A stretch of DNA of 64,000 bases, taken from a virus. Lineage: Duplodnaviria; Caudoviricetes. The stretch covers positions 6,115 to 70,114 of the IMG/VR virus record IMGVR_UViG_3300031992_000084; one strand, written 5' to 3'. The translations under genes were made by a program, and so were the position numbers. Shown one piece after another: positions 19,689 through 29,146 of this stretch; position 1 is the first letter of the stretch; each line of letters opens with the position of its first letter. The notes beneath the pieces were generated by a model. It did not search any database and had not been told where the DNA came from. It saw only the letters and a list, made by a program, of their open reading frames with translations.

Positions 19689-20204
19689 ATGAATAAAGCA
19701 ACAGCCATACTAGCCTCAATCCTCGCGGTCATCCTGATCGCGGGGGCGTTCGTCGGAGGATTCTTCGCCGGGAAGGGGAAACGCGAGGTCGTCGAGGTGA
19801 GGGACACCGTGATAACGGTAGAAACATATCGCGATACCGTCACAATCGAAAAGCCAGTCCCCGTGAAGGAGTATGTCTATGACTCCATTCTTGTTCCTGT
19901 CGTGGATACATTGCACATCAGGGACACCGTATACATCTCACTCCCGAAGGAGCGGAAGGAATATAGGGACTCTGACTATGTTGCAGTTGTTACTGGGTAT
20001 AGGCCCGAACTGGAGAGCATCTCAGTCTTTCCGATCACGAAGGTCGTGACGCAGACGATCACGATACACGACAAGAGCAAGCCCAAGCCGTGGGGCGTCG
20101 GAATCCAGGCTGGTTTCGGCGGCTTCTACGGCATCAGCGGCAAGAGGGTGGACTACGGCCCGTACATCGGGGTCGGCATCAGTTACAACATCATCAGATG
20201 GTAG
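19689..20204 (+). CDS. Membrane-anchored lysis accessory protein (spanin-like candidate)
   Basis: N-terminal TM, repeated RDTV motifs, C-terminal Gly/aromatic strands ending in W; follows the endolysin. Confidence 0.5.
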   Translation: MNKATAILASILAVILIAGAFVGGFFAGKGKREVVEVRDTVITVETYRDTVTIEKPVPVKEYVYDSILVPVVDTLHIRDTVYISLPKERKEYRDSDYVAVVTGYRPELESISVFPITKVVTQTITIHDKSKPKPWGVGIQAGFGGFYGISGKRVDYGPYIGVGISYNIIRW

Positions 20205-20282
20205 CCGTCCTCCTCATAGTGGTCGTCCTCGCCATGGTGCTGCTGGTGGCGGCGGAGGTCTGCGATGAAACAGACTTATAAA

Positions 20283-20312
20283 ATTACTAACATTACTAAC
20301 ATTACTAACATT
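20283..20312 (+). repeat. 9-nt tandem repeat (ATTACTAAC)x3 + ATT
   Basis: Read directly; abuts the ATG at 20313. Confidence 0.9.
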
Positions 20313-20609
20313 ATGAAAAAGATCTGGGGAAAAATTAAAGCGTTCTTCACGAACAAAGACTACCAGTTGCTGATGCTTCTTGGTTTCGGTCTTGCTGCAC
20401 TTATCTACATTCTCATCGAGCCCGTCGAAACCGTTCCCTGGTGGGCGGCAATGCTCATTGGCTCGTTCCTCTCTTCCGGCGTAATCGTCGCAATCGCTTT
20501 CGGAAAGAAGCAGAACCGGAAGGACAAAAAGCTTCACGCCGGAGATATCGTATCGGGCGAGCTCGGGGTCCTTGGGCTGATACTTGCTAGTCTTATAAAC
20601 ATCGGGTAA
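20313..20609 (+). CDS. Three-TM membrane protein (holin candidate)
   Basis: MKKIWGKIK start; three hydrophobic segments; lysis region. Confidence 0.5.
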   Translation: MKKIWGKIKAFFTNKDYQLLMLLGFGLAALIYILIEPVETVPWWAAMLIGSFLSSGVIVAIAFGKKQNRKDKKLHAGDIVSGELGVLGLILASLINIG

Positions 20610-20610
20610 A

Positions 20611-20901
20611 ATGAAATACACGATAACCAACAACAATCTCCATCTTGTAGATTCATATAAAATCAGCAAGAATAGATTCGACGGGGAACTGAACAGGATT
20701 CGGGGGATCCATCCGTCCAGCCAGGTCTGGAAAAGAAAGCGCTATGCAATGAAGCTCGAATGGGCGACGCACAACGGCTTGTACGCACTCGGCATCAAGC
20801 GTGACCACACGAAAGATGTCGACATCAACTATCCGCAGAAGTGGTATGCAAAGATCGGATACTTTTTTGTTGGCTGCTGCGTTTGGCTTTTTATAAAATA
20901 A
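20611..20901 (+). CDS. Hypothetical protein
   Basis: 96-aa ORF tightly packed after the previous gene. Confidence 0.6.
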   Translation: MKYTITNNNLHLVDSYKISKNRFDGELNRIRGIHPSSQVWKRKRYAMKLEWATHNGLYALGIKRDHTKDVDINYPQKWYAKIGYFFVGCCVWLFIK

Positions 20902-20913
20902 TTCGTACTTTTG
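20882..20913 (+). promoter_or_regulatory. Primary-sigma promoter for the fibre module
   Basis: TTTG 20882-20885, 20 nt, TACTTTTG 20906-20913. Confidence 0.65.
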
Positions 20914-20929
20914 TCAAAACACATATCAT

Positions 20930-21247
20930 ATGGCCAGCAATGATTTTATAGCGTTCGAACAAACGGACATGAAATTTCTTGTCGAAATCAACTCGGATGG
21001 TTTCGATATGGATGTAGATGATTGGGCTGTTGGCGTTCAGATCGGTACTAGGATAGTCAAAAAGTTTCCAAAGGAAGAATGTCTCAAAGGGGAAGACGGT
21101 AACTGGTATGTTTGCATAGATAAAGAATACCTTAAAAAGGGAGAATTGTCTTTAATTGCATACGCACAGGTCCCAGATCCCGACTTTGATGATGGTGTCC
21201 GAGACGAGGCTTACAAAGAATATATGGGAAGAGTACAAAAACTATGA
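20930..21247 (+). CDS. Fibre-associated small beta protein (BppU-N-like)
   Basis: 105 aa; motifs DMKFLVEI and VPDPDFDDGVRDE, typical of genes ahead of fibres. Confidence 0.5.
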   Translation: MASNDFIAFEQTDMKFLVEINSDGFDMDVDDWAVGVQIGTRIVKKFPKEECLKGEDGNWYVCIDKEYLKKGELSLIAYAQVPDPDFDDGVRDEAYKEYMGRVQKL

Positions 21248-21432
21248 GTTGCATTTCCGCTTCGTTCACTAAGTTATATGATGTAAATGCCAAGTTTACA
21301 AGAATAACCGACTTTCATGCTCGGTTTGCTCTTGTTTGCGGGGCCGGTATTGGTAGAGAGTTCCTATATGCTAGTGACGGAATCCTTCTCACTGTTGACG
21401 GCGGTAAAATTATAGTAAAAAAAATGGTTTAG
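21244..21432 (+). CDS. Small fibre-associated protein
   Basis: 62 aa, ATGA overlap; ends LYASDGILLTVDG. Confidence 0.55.
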   Translation: MSCISASFTKLYDVNAKFTRITDFHARFALVCGAGIGREFLYASDGILLTVDGGKIIVKKMV

Positions 21433-21434
21433 TT

Positions 21435-24400
21435 ATGAGTGCGACAGTATTACATCAGACTGGACAAGAGGTCCAAAAAATATTAGATGACTCTCACGAC
21501 ATTAGCAATATGATTCCGGAGGAGGCATCTTCCGAGAACAAGTTGGCTGACAAGAATTTTGTCGGAACAAAAGTCGCGACAAAACTGGACAAGTTTGTCC
21601 AGATAGAAGTGCCGTACACATACAAAATGGTCGTTCCGGTAGACAGAGATAAACCTTATCTTTTTCGAATAATTGCGACGAGGCAGGATGGAACCGTAAA
21701 CAATGAACTTGTATACATATACATCAAGAGAGATTCTTCTTACTATACGGTTATTTCCAAGGCTTTTCGTGATTGGGTTGATATAAACCCGGAGAACATA
21801 AAAGTATACCAGGACGGGTCTTGGCCACTTGCAAATTTTTATGTTTCTTTCGAGCCGTCTCTTTCATATTCTGGAAATACAACATATCACATCACAGACT
21901 TTGACGAAAACGAAATCGCACCATCAGTCTTGCAGAATGTACCAGGGGACACACTCGCGACGATTGAGATTACAAGACTCGCATCAAGTCAGTATGTCGA
22001 CGGCGTCGCAAGAGAACTTGATTCCGATATAAGCAATATCGACGGCCGGGTGCAGTTCATCGAAGATGTCATCCCATCTTCCGCCGACCCGGATACCAAC
22101 CAGCTCGCGGACAAGGCGTGGGTGAAGGCTGTCAATGACCTTGTCAACTACTACAAGAAATCCGAGACCTACACCAAGTCCGAGGTTGACCAGAAGATCC
22201 AGACGGAGACGGCGACCTACAAAGGGCTTTTCGATAAGTGGAGCGATGTTCCTTTTGATTCCGCCTCTTATCCCATCGACTGGGGAAGTTTCCCGCCGGA
22301 TAACAATGATTATATCGTCATCCGCGATGCTTCGTTATATGCCACAAAGTGGATAAGCGGAAACGCTGACGGATATAATGTCGGAGACTATGTCGTTGAA
22401 TATAATGAGATAGATAATGCTTATAGTGGGACATACATCTGTATAGAATATAATGCTGGATCTATGGATCTTCCGTCCGAAGACAGCGAGCACTGGCAGC
22501 GAGTGACGGAGAATCCGAACTACAAGGGGACATGGCGGTTCAAGTACGCACAGAGCGGGGAGTATGCTCCGTTCAATTTCCTCCCCGAGTATCAGATCAA
22601 CGAGGAGCCTCTTACCACTTCGCAGATCGCCGCGCTCGATTCCGGCATCACCGCTGCGAAGGTGACGAAACTCGATGAGCTTCCTACGAAAAACGAGTTG
22701 CAGACCGAACTCGCCGGGAAGCAGGATACGCTTGTTAGCGGCGCGAATATCAAAACTTTTGCGGGGCAGAGCCTTCTTTCTTCCGGGGATGTCATCCAGA
22801 AGGTGGCGATTCCTGCGGGTAACCACCTCGTAATGCCCAATGGTTCGTATGTCGCGGTAATTAAATACGGAGGGGTGACGATGCTGTTCACCCCCTCTAC
22901 CCCAGGGGCAAACATTCTTCGGTTGCAGGGGCAACCCGCAGTTAGCACCCCCGATACTGATAAGGCAACATACGATTTTGGAAGCCAGTCGTTCCATTTC
23001 GGCACTATCGGAAGTTCCGCCGATACTGCATCCGTCATGTTTATCTCTGGCACGGCTGTGGCGGCTTCCACATCCAACTCTTCCGTGTCTGGTTATCAAA
23101 ATTCTCCTGTCGTTCTCCAAGACAAACTCGTCTCCGGCACTAACATCAAGACCATCAACGGCACTTCTCTCTTGGGTAGCGATGACATCCAGATAAGTGC
23201 CGACACCTCCGACTGCGTGAAGTTCGGTGAGACGATAAGTGCGTTGAACCACTATCTAAAGATTGACGGAGGGGGAGAGCCGTTCTCTCTGATGCTCATC
23301 GTGGCGCTGGATGATATAACATCGGAGTACCTCGTCCGTGGAGACAACCAGAGAGTAACGATCGTCAAGATGGATGGAGGCCAGTCATTCGACGGAATGC
23401 TGCGAATTGACAAAGACACCTATTCCCCCATCGCCCTCTATCACGAAGACTCCATTGTCGCCACTCCCATCCTTCTCTCTGGCACTATGCCGACCATCAC
23501 GGACTCGGCATCTGCAAGTGGAGACAATGAGGAGATACCGATGTTCCAGACGAAGAAAGAACTCCCTTCCGGCGGTACTGCCGGTCAGGTCTTGACCAAG
23601 GCGAGCGGTACGGACTATGATGTTGAGTGGACGAATGGGGGCGGCGGCTCTTCGGATGTGTTCTGGGCAACTTACAACAGTACGACATACGCAGACATAG
23701 TCGCTGCGTATAATGCCGGAAAGGTGGTTGTCTGCTCCTACGACAATACGGCCTATGTATTGTCACGAATTGACAACAACTACGCCTATTTCTATGGCGT
23801 TAATCAAACCTTGTTGTACTTTTTGCGTGTTCGCGCATCGGATAGTGCATACTACAAAACGCAATACAACGCAGAGGTAACCTCCAACAAAGTCTCCACC
23901 CTCTCCGGCAACGAGACGAACACATCCAAGTACCCCAACACCAAGGCTGTGGCGGATGCGCTCGGCAAGATTGGCGTCATCTCGCACGACATAAAGTACA
24001 ACGTGGATGGTAATGTGGTCATTAGTCACACAATCACGAATGCAGTAAACGGGCTGATACCACAGGCATTTATCGACAAGTGGAAAGCGATGGGCGGAAC
24101 ATTTACCGAGGGAGGATATTTTGCCATGAATGGGATCGATGATCTGTCCTACGAAGATGCTCTTGCTGTTGATGCTGCGGGAATCCTTACAACATGGACT
24201 GCAAATAGTTTCGCTTATTTTTTGATGAGCCAAAGTGGACTCATCACTTCTGATTCTGCTGCCGGCGTTATCTATAAAAAGGTTGCGCCAAGAACAATGT
24301 ACCCGCTGCAAATATCGGGTATTCCTGCCAATTCGGGATCAGTGTATTTCTTTATGCGATTCTCTCCGTTGGAAGTATTGAAGGCCGAGGCGTCTATAAA

Positions 24401-24740
24401 TATTCGTGCGAATACGACAAATCAATATTTTTGCTCTAACGCCAAGCGACTGCGGAGAATTGAGAACATAACCTTTGAAATAGACTTATGGACTTCGCAG
24501 CCTACCGGATTGTTTAATCTTGTAAATATCGAATACATCCAATTTACAAAACTTGCATATTCGATGAATTTGTCCTCTTGCCCGGCATTCTCCGCCGAAG
24601 CAGTTGCTTATATGGTAGCCAACGCAGGGACTGCGGACATCATCATCACCCTCCACGCCACGGCATACGCAAGGGCGATTGCAGATGCCGATGTGAAGGC
24701 AGCACTTGCAAATCATCCCAATGTACAACTCGGACAATAA
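21435..24740 (+). CDS. Tail fibre / receptor-binding protein
   Basis: 1101 aa; repeated junction motifs QDTLVSGANIKT and QDKLVSGTNIKT; NKLADKNFV and NQLADKAWV. Confidence 0.8.
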   Translation: MSATVLHQTGQEVQKILDDSHDISNMIPEEASSENKLADKNFVGTKVATKLDKFVQIEVPYTYKMVVPVDRDKPYLFRIIATRQDGTVNNELVYIYIKRDSSYYTVISKAFRDWVDINPENIKVYQDGSWPLANFYVSFEPSLSYSGNTTYHITDFDENEIAPSVLQNVPGDTLATIEITRLASSQYVDGVARELDSDISNIDGRVQFIEDVIPSSADPDTNQLADKAWVKAVNDLVNYYKKSETYTKSEVDQKIQTETATYKGLFDKWSDVPFDSASYPIDWGSFPPDNNDYIVIRDASLYATKWISGNADGYNVGDYVVEYNEIDNAYSGTYICIEYNAGSMDLPSEDSEHWQRVTENPNYKGTWRFKYAQSGEYAPFNFLPEYQINEEPLTTSQIAALDSGITAAKVTKLDELPTKNELQTELAGKQDTLVSGANIKTFAGQSLLSSGDVIQKVAIPAGNHLVMPNGSYVAVIKYGGVTMLFTPSTPGANILRLQGQPAVSTPDTDKATYDFGSQSFHFGTIGSSADTASVMFISGTAVAASTSNSSVSGYQNSPVVLQDKLVSGTNIKTINGTSLLGSDDIQISADTSDCVKFGETISALNHYLKIDGGGEPFSLMLIVALDDITSEYLVRGDNQRVTIVKMDGGQSFDGMLRIDKDTYSPIALYHEDSIVATPILLSGTMPTITDSASASGDNEEIPMFQTKKELPSGGTAGQVLTKASGTDYDVEWTNGGGGSSDVFWATYNSTTYADIVAAYNAGKVVVCSYDNTAYVLSRIDNNYAYFYGVNQTLLYFLRVRASDSAYYKTQYNAEVTSNKVSTLSGNETNTSKYPNTKAVADALGKIGVISHDIKYNVDGNVVISHTITNAVNGLIPQAFIDKWKAMGGTFTEGGYFAMNGIDDLSYEDALAVDAAGILTTWTANSFAYFLMSQSGLITSDSAAGVIYKKVAPRTMYPLQISGIPANSGSVYFFMRFSPLEVLKAEASINIRANTTNQYFCSNAKRLRRIENITFEIDLWTSQPTGLFNLVNIEYIQFTKLAYSMNLSSCPAFSAEAVAYMVANAGTADIIITLHATAYARAIADADVKAALANHPNVQLGQ

Positions 24741-24744
24741 GACT

Positions 24745-24930
24745 ATGAAAGAAAGGATAGCACAAGCAGGCAACTGGCTGACACAGGCCACCCTCGCAGA
24801 AGACGAACAGCGGCATTTTTGGACAAGTGTTTCCGGCTACGGAGACCTTGACAACCTCTTCACCGAGTGGAGCGACGAGCAGAAGGCCGAGTGGGAAAGA
24901 GAACACCCGCAGGAAGAAGTTAACGAATAA
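24745..24930 (+). CDS. Small acidic fibre-associated protein
   Basis: MKERIAQAGNWLTQA...; directly after the fibre gene. Confidence 0.6.
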   Translation: MKERIAQAGNWLTQATLAEDEQRHFWTSVSGYGDLDNLFTEWSDEQKAEWEREHPQEEVNE

Positions 24931-25127
24931 TGTCCGGTGTAAAAGTCAGAGTAAAAGTTAACCGGAATAAGCCCGGAGCAGGCACGCTTCTTGCAAGAGT
25001 GCCTGTTACCGTTACGCGGAAGCCGAACCCGACGGGGGAGAGGATTTTCCAGACGCGGGCCCAGTTAAACTTGCACATTAGCCGTGGAACAAGACCAACG
25101 ACATTTGTTTCTAGAAGACCTCGTTAG
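24930..25127 (+). CDS. Small basic hypothetical protein
   Basis: Stop/start overlap at 24930; 65 aa. Confidence 0.4.
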   Translation: MSGVKVRVKVNRNKPGAGTLLARVPVTVTRKPNPTGERIFQTRAQLNLHISRGTRPTTFVSRRPR

Positions 25128-25482
25128 AAAGTTAAGGTATATCACTATTGCGGTGCAACTTATGCCGTTTATATATGGTGTAATATATATTATATGTATG
25201 GTATTATACCTTTTCGTGCCGGAAGGGTGGCTGGTTGCACTAGATACGATGTTTTATGTATCTCCGACCGTTGTCGTTTCTTTCCTGGTTTTCTCGAGCA
25301 TACTGCGATTATGCAAGTGGCACAAGGCGGCGTGCATTGTTCCGGTCATTCCGCAGGGGATTTCTCTGGTAGACAAGTATGTCGTATGGTTCCCGTGTTC
25401 TGCGGCGACGATTACGATTATTGCCTCAACTCTGTTGACTGCAGTGTTGGTTTTTTGTGCTTATAAAGTTTTTATGAAATAA
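25084..25482 (+). CDS. Multi-TM membrane protein
   Basis: GTG start; about four hydrophobic helices. Confidence 0.65.
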   Translation: MEQDQRHLFLEDLVRKLRYITIAVQLMPFIYGVIYIICMVLYLFVPEGWLVALDTMFYVSPTVVVSFLVFSSILRLCKWHKAACIVPVIPQGISLVDKYVVWFPCSAATITIIASTLLTAVLVFCAYKVFMK

Positions 25483-25769
25483 TGGAACAGGAAGAATTCA
25501 TCATCGAGGTGCTTGATCTTTTCAAGTCGAAGTTAAAGAACGGCACTTGTGCGAAGTCTCAATCGGATGCCGTGTATAATGTAATAGCGGAAAATCTTGA
25601 TTTGTTCGCAACCGCAGACGAGATTGCGGATCACTACGGGAAATCCAGGGACGCGGTGCATAGTATCATCAAGAACAAGATGTTTGAAAAGCCCAAGCGT
25701 AACATAACGCTCTATAATTTCAAGGCATTCGCGAAACTCATACCGTCATCTTGGCGTAAGAAACGCTGA
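25482..25769 (+). CDS. Putative HTH DNA-binding protein
   Basis: ATADEIADHYGKSRDAVHSII is HTH-like; translationally coupled to the membrane gene. Confidence 0.6.
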   Translation: MEQEEFIIEVLDLFKSKLKNGTCAKSQSDAVYNVIAENLDLFATADEIADHYGKSRDAVHSIIKNKMFEKPKRNITLYNFKAFAKLIPSSWRKKR

Positions 25770-25793
25770 CGGCCAGCCGTTTAGCATTATTTT

Positions 25794-25823
25794 GCCCATC
25801 GCTTCATTGCGGTGGGCTTTTTT
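25794..25823 (+). terminator. Intrinsic terminator
   Basis: GCCCATCGC-TTCATT-GCGGTGGGC followed by TTTTTT. Confidence 0.75.
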
Positions 25824-25895
25824 GTCAACTTTGCAGTAGACAAGCATGGCCATGCAAGTCTATTGTGAAGTTTAATTTTTTAATGCTAAAACACT

Positions 25896-26810
25896 ATGGC
25901 AGAAGATAAAACAATTATTATGCCCGAAAACCAGAACGGTTGGGGCAACATTCCTGCCGTTCTTGCTCTGAACGGACTTGGGTACAACAACGGATACCCG
26001 TATGGTGGCGGTCTCTTCGGCGGTAATGGCTCCGGCTTCGGTGCCGGCATCCTCGGCGGCCTCCTCGGCGGCCTTATCTGGAACGGCATTGGTTATGGAA
26101 ACTGGGGCATGGGCTCCTGGGGGAACGGCGGTGGTGCTGCAGCGGCTTCCCTTGGCGCACAGGCCACGGCTATCGGCAACACGGACACAATCCTTCGCGC
26201 TATCGACGGGACCGACGCGGATGTCCGTCTCCTTGCCACAACGCTTAATAGCGATGTGAATACCGTGAAGACGAACCTCTCGACACTCCAGAACGGTCTC
26301 ACTGCCCTTACTGGACAGACCGGTCTTTCTGCGGCCCAGATCATCAACGCCATCCAGGCCGGTGACGCTAGCCTCGCTGCAAACTTATGTTCGTGCTGTT
26401 GCGAGATGAAGCATCTCGTTACATCCCAGGGTTATGAGAACCAGCTCGCAACCCTCCGTCAGACCGAGACTCTTGCCGGTGCCATCGCAGACCTCAAGTC
26501 CACGATGATTGACCAGTTCTGCGCCGCCGAGAAACGCGACATGCAGCAGACCATCACCCGCCAGGGCGACATCATTACCCAGCTCCGCAACGAGGCCGAT
26601 AACGCCCGTCAGACTGCGCAGTTCGGCGCCATGCTCGCTCCTATCGCGGCAGAGGTCAACGACATCAAGTGCAAACTCCCGAACACTGTGCCAGTAACCT
26701 ATCCGAACATCCAAGCCGTTAACAACACCCCGAACTTCGGTGGTTTCTACGGCGGGTTCAACGGATTCGGATACGGCCCCGGCTGGGGTAATGGCAGCTA
26801 CTGGGGTTAA
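25896..26810 (+). CDS. Gly/Asn/aromatic-rich coiled-coil protein with CxCCC motif
   Basis: Low-complexity termini, glycine-zipper segment GAGILGGLLGGLIWNG, heptad region, LCSCCCE. Confidence 0.85.
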   Translation: MAEDKTIIMPENQNGWGNIPAVLALNGLGYNNGYPYGGGLFGGNGSGFGAGILGGLLGGLIWNGIGYGNWGMGSWGNGGGAAAASLGAQATAIGNTDTILRAIDGTDADVRLLATTLNSDVNTVKTNLSTLQNGLTALTGQTGLSAAQIINAIQAGDASLAANLCSCCCEMKHLVTSQGYENQLATLRQTETLAGAIADLKSTMIDQFCAAEKRDMQQTITRQGDIITQLRNEADNARQTAQFGAMLAPIAAEVNDIKCKLPNTVPVTYPNIQAVNNTPNFGGFYGGFNGFGYGPGWGNGSYWG

Positions 26811-27436
26811 TCGTTCCCGGGAGTAGAAGAGTTCTTTGACATACTGACAAGGTTTTCACGGTCGGAGAAAAGTTTCCACTCGAAGCCTTTATATTTCGAC
26901 TGCCCATGATGTATACAGCGTCGAATTCCGTTTATATCGAATCCGTCTCTAGCAGCGTCGCAATAGGATTCGTAAATCCTTTTGTCGTTTCCACTAATCC
27001 TAATTATGGGTACCTGTTTGTGCAACGGGGTGTTTGTCATGAGGCGTTTTAGTGTAATCGGATTTCTTCTGTTTTCAGATGCCGTACACCATCGGAGGTT
27101 CGAAACACTGTTGTTTGCAGGATTGGTGTCGATGTGGTCTATTTCTGGTTTCCCTTCTGGATTGGGAATAAATGTAGAAGCAACTAGCCAATGGACAAAT
27201 TTTCGAAGATAGGTGTTCTCTTTTCTTAAAAAGATATACTTATATCCCAGTTTGTCTGTTATCGGCTTCATAACCCGTCCTTTGACCGTTAAACTTTTCC
27301 CGCTTCGAACTGTAGTTCTTGGCATAGATGCAATTCGCCCCATCGTAGACGCATAGTATGCGTTGTTTATATTAGGAATTGCTTTCCACTCTTCCCCTTC
27401 GAGTCTAATAGACTCAATGAATTCTTGATTTGTCAT
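26807..27436 (-). mobile_element. NUMOD4-HNH homing endonuclease inserted antisense in the cassette
   Basis: GEEWKAI (NUMOD4), VHWLVASTFIPNPEGKPEIDHIDTNPANNSVSNLRWCT (HNH), C-terminal DNA-binding module; own promoter and leader RNA. Confidence 0.88.
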
Positions 27437-27545
27437 AATCTTTCAAGGTTTATGTGATTCAAGGATTTGAAAAGAAAGGGAAAGAGACCTTGAAAACTCT
27501 TGTCAGTAGGTTAATTACTCCTACCTATTCCCTTTTGCAAATTTA
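27437..27545 (-). ncRNA. Structured 5' leader RNA of the HNH gene (copy B) with promoter
   Basis: TAAATTTG (27545-27538), then a three-stem junction whose P3 loop is complementary to two CCTTGAA repeats before the ATG; same topology as 56782-56887. Confidence 0.65.
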
Positions 27546-27561
27546 CTAAAAAGATTTGACA

Positions 27562-27900
27562 ATGGCAAGATTTCCATTTCAATATGTAAACATCAACGGT
27601 TTGCCAACAATTCAGTCCCGCTCCGTCATCGTTACGGATACATCGGTTGACTTCAAGTTCAATCCGGACTGGGACCGCAGACCGTTCCGTGGGCTGATCC
27701 TCGTGTATCTTTCCGAGGAAATCCCCGCAGGGACTACTACTACGCTTCCGATTCGTTTCTCCATGGGCGGCGCCACGAGCAACGTGACCCTCGCCGGCGG
27801 AGCAAACTGGACGGTGGCCGACATTCCTGGACCAGGTGTCTACCTTCTGTACTACGACAGGCTTGCTGACACGCTCCAGCTTCTCAACACAACAATTTAA
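27562..27900 (+). CDS. Cassette protein 2, small beta-sandwich-like
   Basis: MARFPFQYVNINGLPTI...; beta-rich. Confidence 0.75.
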   Translation: MARFPFQYVNINGLPTIQSRSVIVTDTSVDFKFNPDWDRRPFRGLILVYLSEEIPAGTTTTLPIRFSMGGATSNVTLAGGANWTVADIPGPGVYLLYYDRLADTLQLLNTTI

Positions 27901-27920
27901 CAACTTAATTTTCAACAACT

Positions 27921-28433
27921 ATGCTTAGTGCACTTAGGCCCGGAACGCCCGTCTATGTTCTTTATAAGAACGAACCGCGATTTGCGGTCGCAAAGGTTTC
28001 TCAAGTGAGCAACCAATATCCTAACCTCGGATACCAGCAGCAACCGCTGGTGCCGGGAAACAACCTCGCCGTCAATATCGTCATTGAAGTAGACGGCAAG
28101 TTGGAACCTTATGAGAGGATTCCTCTCAACACCTCGATAGCAGAGTTCCCCGACAAGGGGGTCATCATCAGCGAGACAAGGGACGGAATCATCAACGAGG
28201 TTAATGCAATTAAAAGCGCGAGCGTTACGGCGCTCCAGCAAGTAGATATGCACAAGAATGTTATCGCTTCTTGCGACAAACTTCTCTTCGACCTGAACCC
28301 ACAACTGCGAAAGGAAGAGGAACAGGCGAAAGAGATAGCCAATCTAAAGGAGCAACTTTCTGGAATGAGCGAGCAGATCGCGGCCCTTACGGGAATGCTC
28401 TCTAAGTCGCTGGGCAAGAAAAAGGAGGAATAA
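27921..28433 (+). CDS. Cassette protein 3, beta domain plus C-terminal coiled coil
   Basis: MLSALRPGTPVYVLYK...; heptad C-terminus. Confidence 0.75.
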   Translation: MLSALRPGTPVYVLYKNEPRFAVAKVSQVSNQYPNLGYQQQPLVPGNNLAVNIVIEVDGKLEPYERIPLNTSIAEFPDKGVIISETRDGIINEVNAIKSASVTALQQVDMHKNVIASCDKLLFDLNPQLRKEEEQAKEIANLKEQLSGMSEQIAALTGMLSKSLGKKKEE

Positions 28434-28436
28434 CAA

Positions 28437-28700
28437 ATGGGATATGCAGTTTACAATTTAAGAGGTAGTTACGGTCGCAAATCCGACGCGAAGAAGTTCG
28501 AAGAGGCCGCGATGATGGTCGAGGAAGGGCTGGAGTGTATGCGCGAACTTGCCGACGAAATGGAGGACAAGTATTCGGAGCGCAGATATGCGATGCGTAG
28601 CTACGGACGTCGTGGCGCCTATGGCGAACGCGACGAGTGGGACGATGACGAGATGTACGGAATGCGCCGTCGTCGGGACTCCCGTGGAAGGTATATGTAG
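28437..28700 (+). CDS. Cassette protein 4, ending RRRRDSRGRYM
   Basis: Acidic helix, then an Arg/Gly/Tyr-rich tail. Confidence 0.75.
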   Translation: MGYAVYNLRGSYGRKSDAKKFEEAAMMVEEGLECMRELADEMEDKYSERRYAMRSYGRRGAYGERDEWDDDEMYGMRRRRDSRGRYM

Positions 28701-28742
28701 AACTCGGGGCGGGTCTAGGCTCGCCCCATAAATCGAATTGAA

Positions 28743-29144
28743 ATGACACGACTGGACTATTACGACATCCTGCCAGCAGGAATGGATGCCTACCTCAGCA
28801 ACTATGGGTGGCATTTCAGCAAGGCCTTGTGCGAATGGGCCGTATCGAAAATGCGCGACAGGGATGACCAGAGGGTCAAAATGAAGACAAAGGACGAAGT
28901 CGAATCCATCCTTAAGACACACGGCGTGGAAATTAAGAACGATTATGGATACGACAAAGTCTTCGTCATGCATATGGGGCTTAGCGATTATGTGGGAAGC
29001 TCGATCCCGGACGAGGCGCACCTCGCGAAATATGTGAAAGATGTTCTTGACGACAAAGACGGATACGAGGGTGTGGCGCTCAGCAGATTCCTCGCGGACT
29101 GCAATGGGAAGGGGTGGCCGATCATCTGGGAAGATATGATATAG
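28743..29144 (+). CDS. Cassette protein 5, helical conserved phage protein
   Basis: YLSNYGWHFSKALCEWAVSKM ... IIWEDMI. Confidence 0.75.
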   Translation: MTRLDYYDILPAGMDAYLSNYGWHFSKALCEWAVSKMRDRDDQRVKMKTKDEVESILKTHGVEIKNDYGYDKVFVMHMGLSDYVGSSIPDEAHLAKYVKDVLDDKDGYEGVALSRFLADCNGKGWPIIWEDMI

Positions 29145-29146
29145 GA

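Noticed and set aside
20283-20312. TACTAAC spliceosomal branch point
   Set aside because: Bacterial phage context; it is simply part of a 9-nt tandem repeat.
21435-25127. Diversity-generating retroelement targeting the fibre
   Set aside because: No reverse transcriptase and no TR/VR pair differing at adenines was seen in the window.
26807-27545. Group I intron or HEARO/IscB system
   Set aside because: The HNH is antisense and intergenic, no P7 core was recognised, and the protein has no RuvC motifs.
28704-28727. Hairpin GGGGCGGG/CTCGCCCC after cassette gene 4 as a terminator
   Set aside because: No U-tract follows; at most a stability or processing hairpin.
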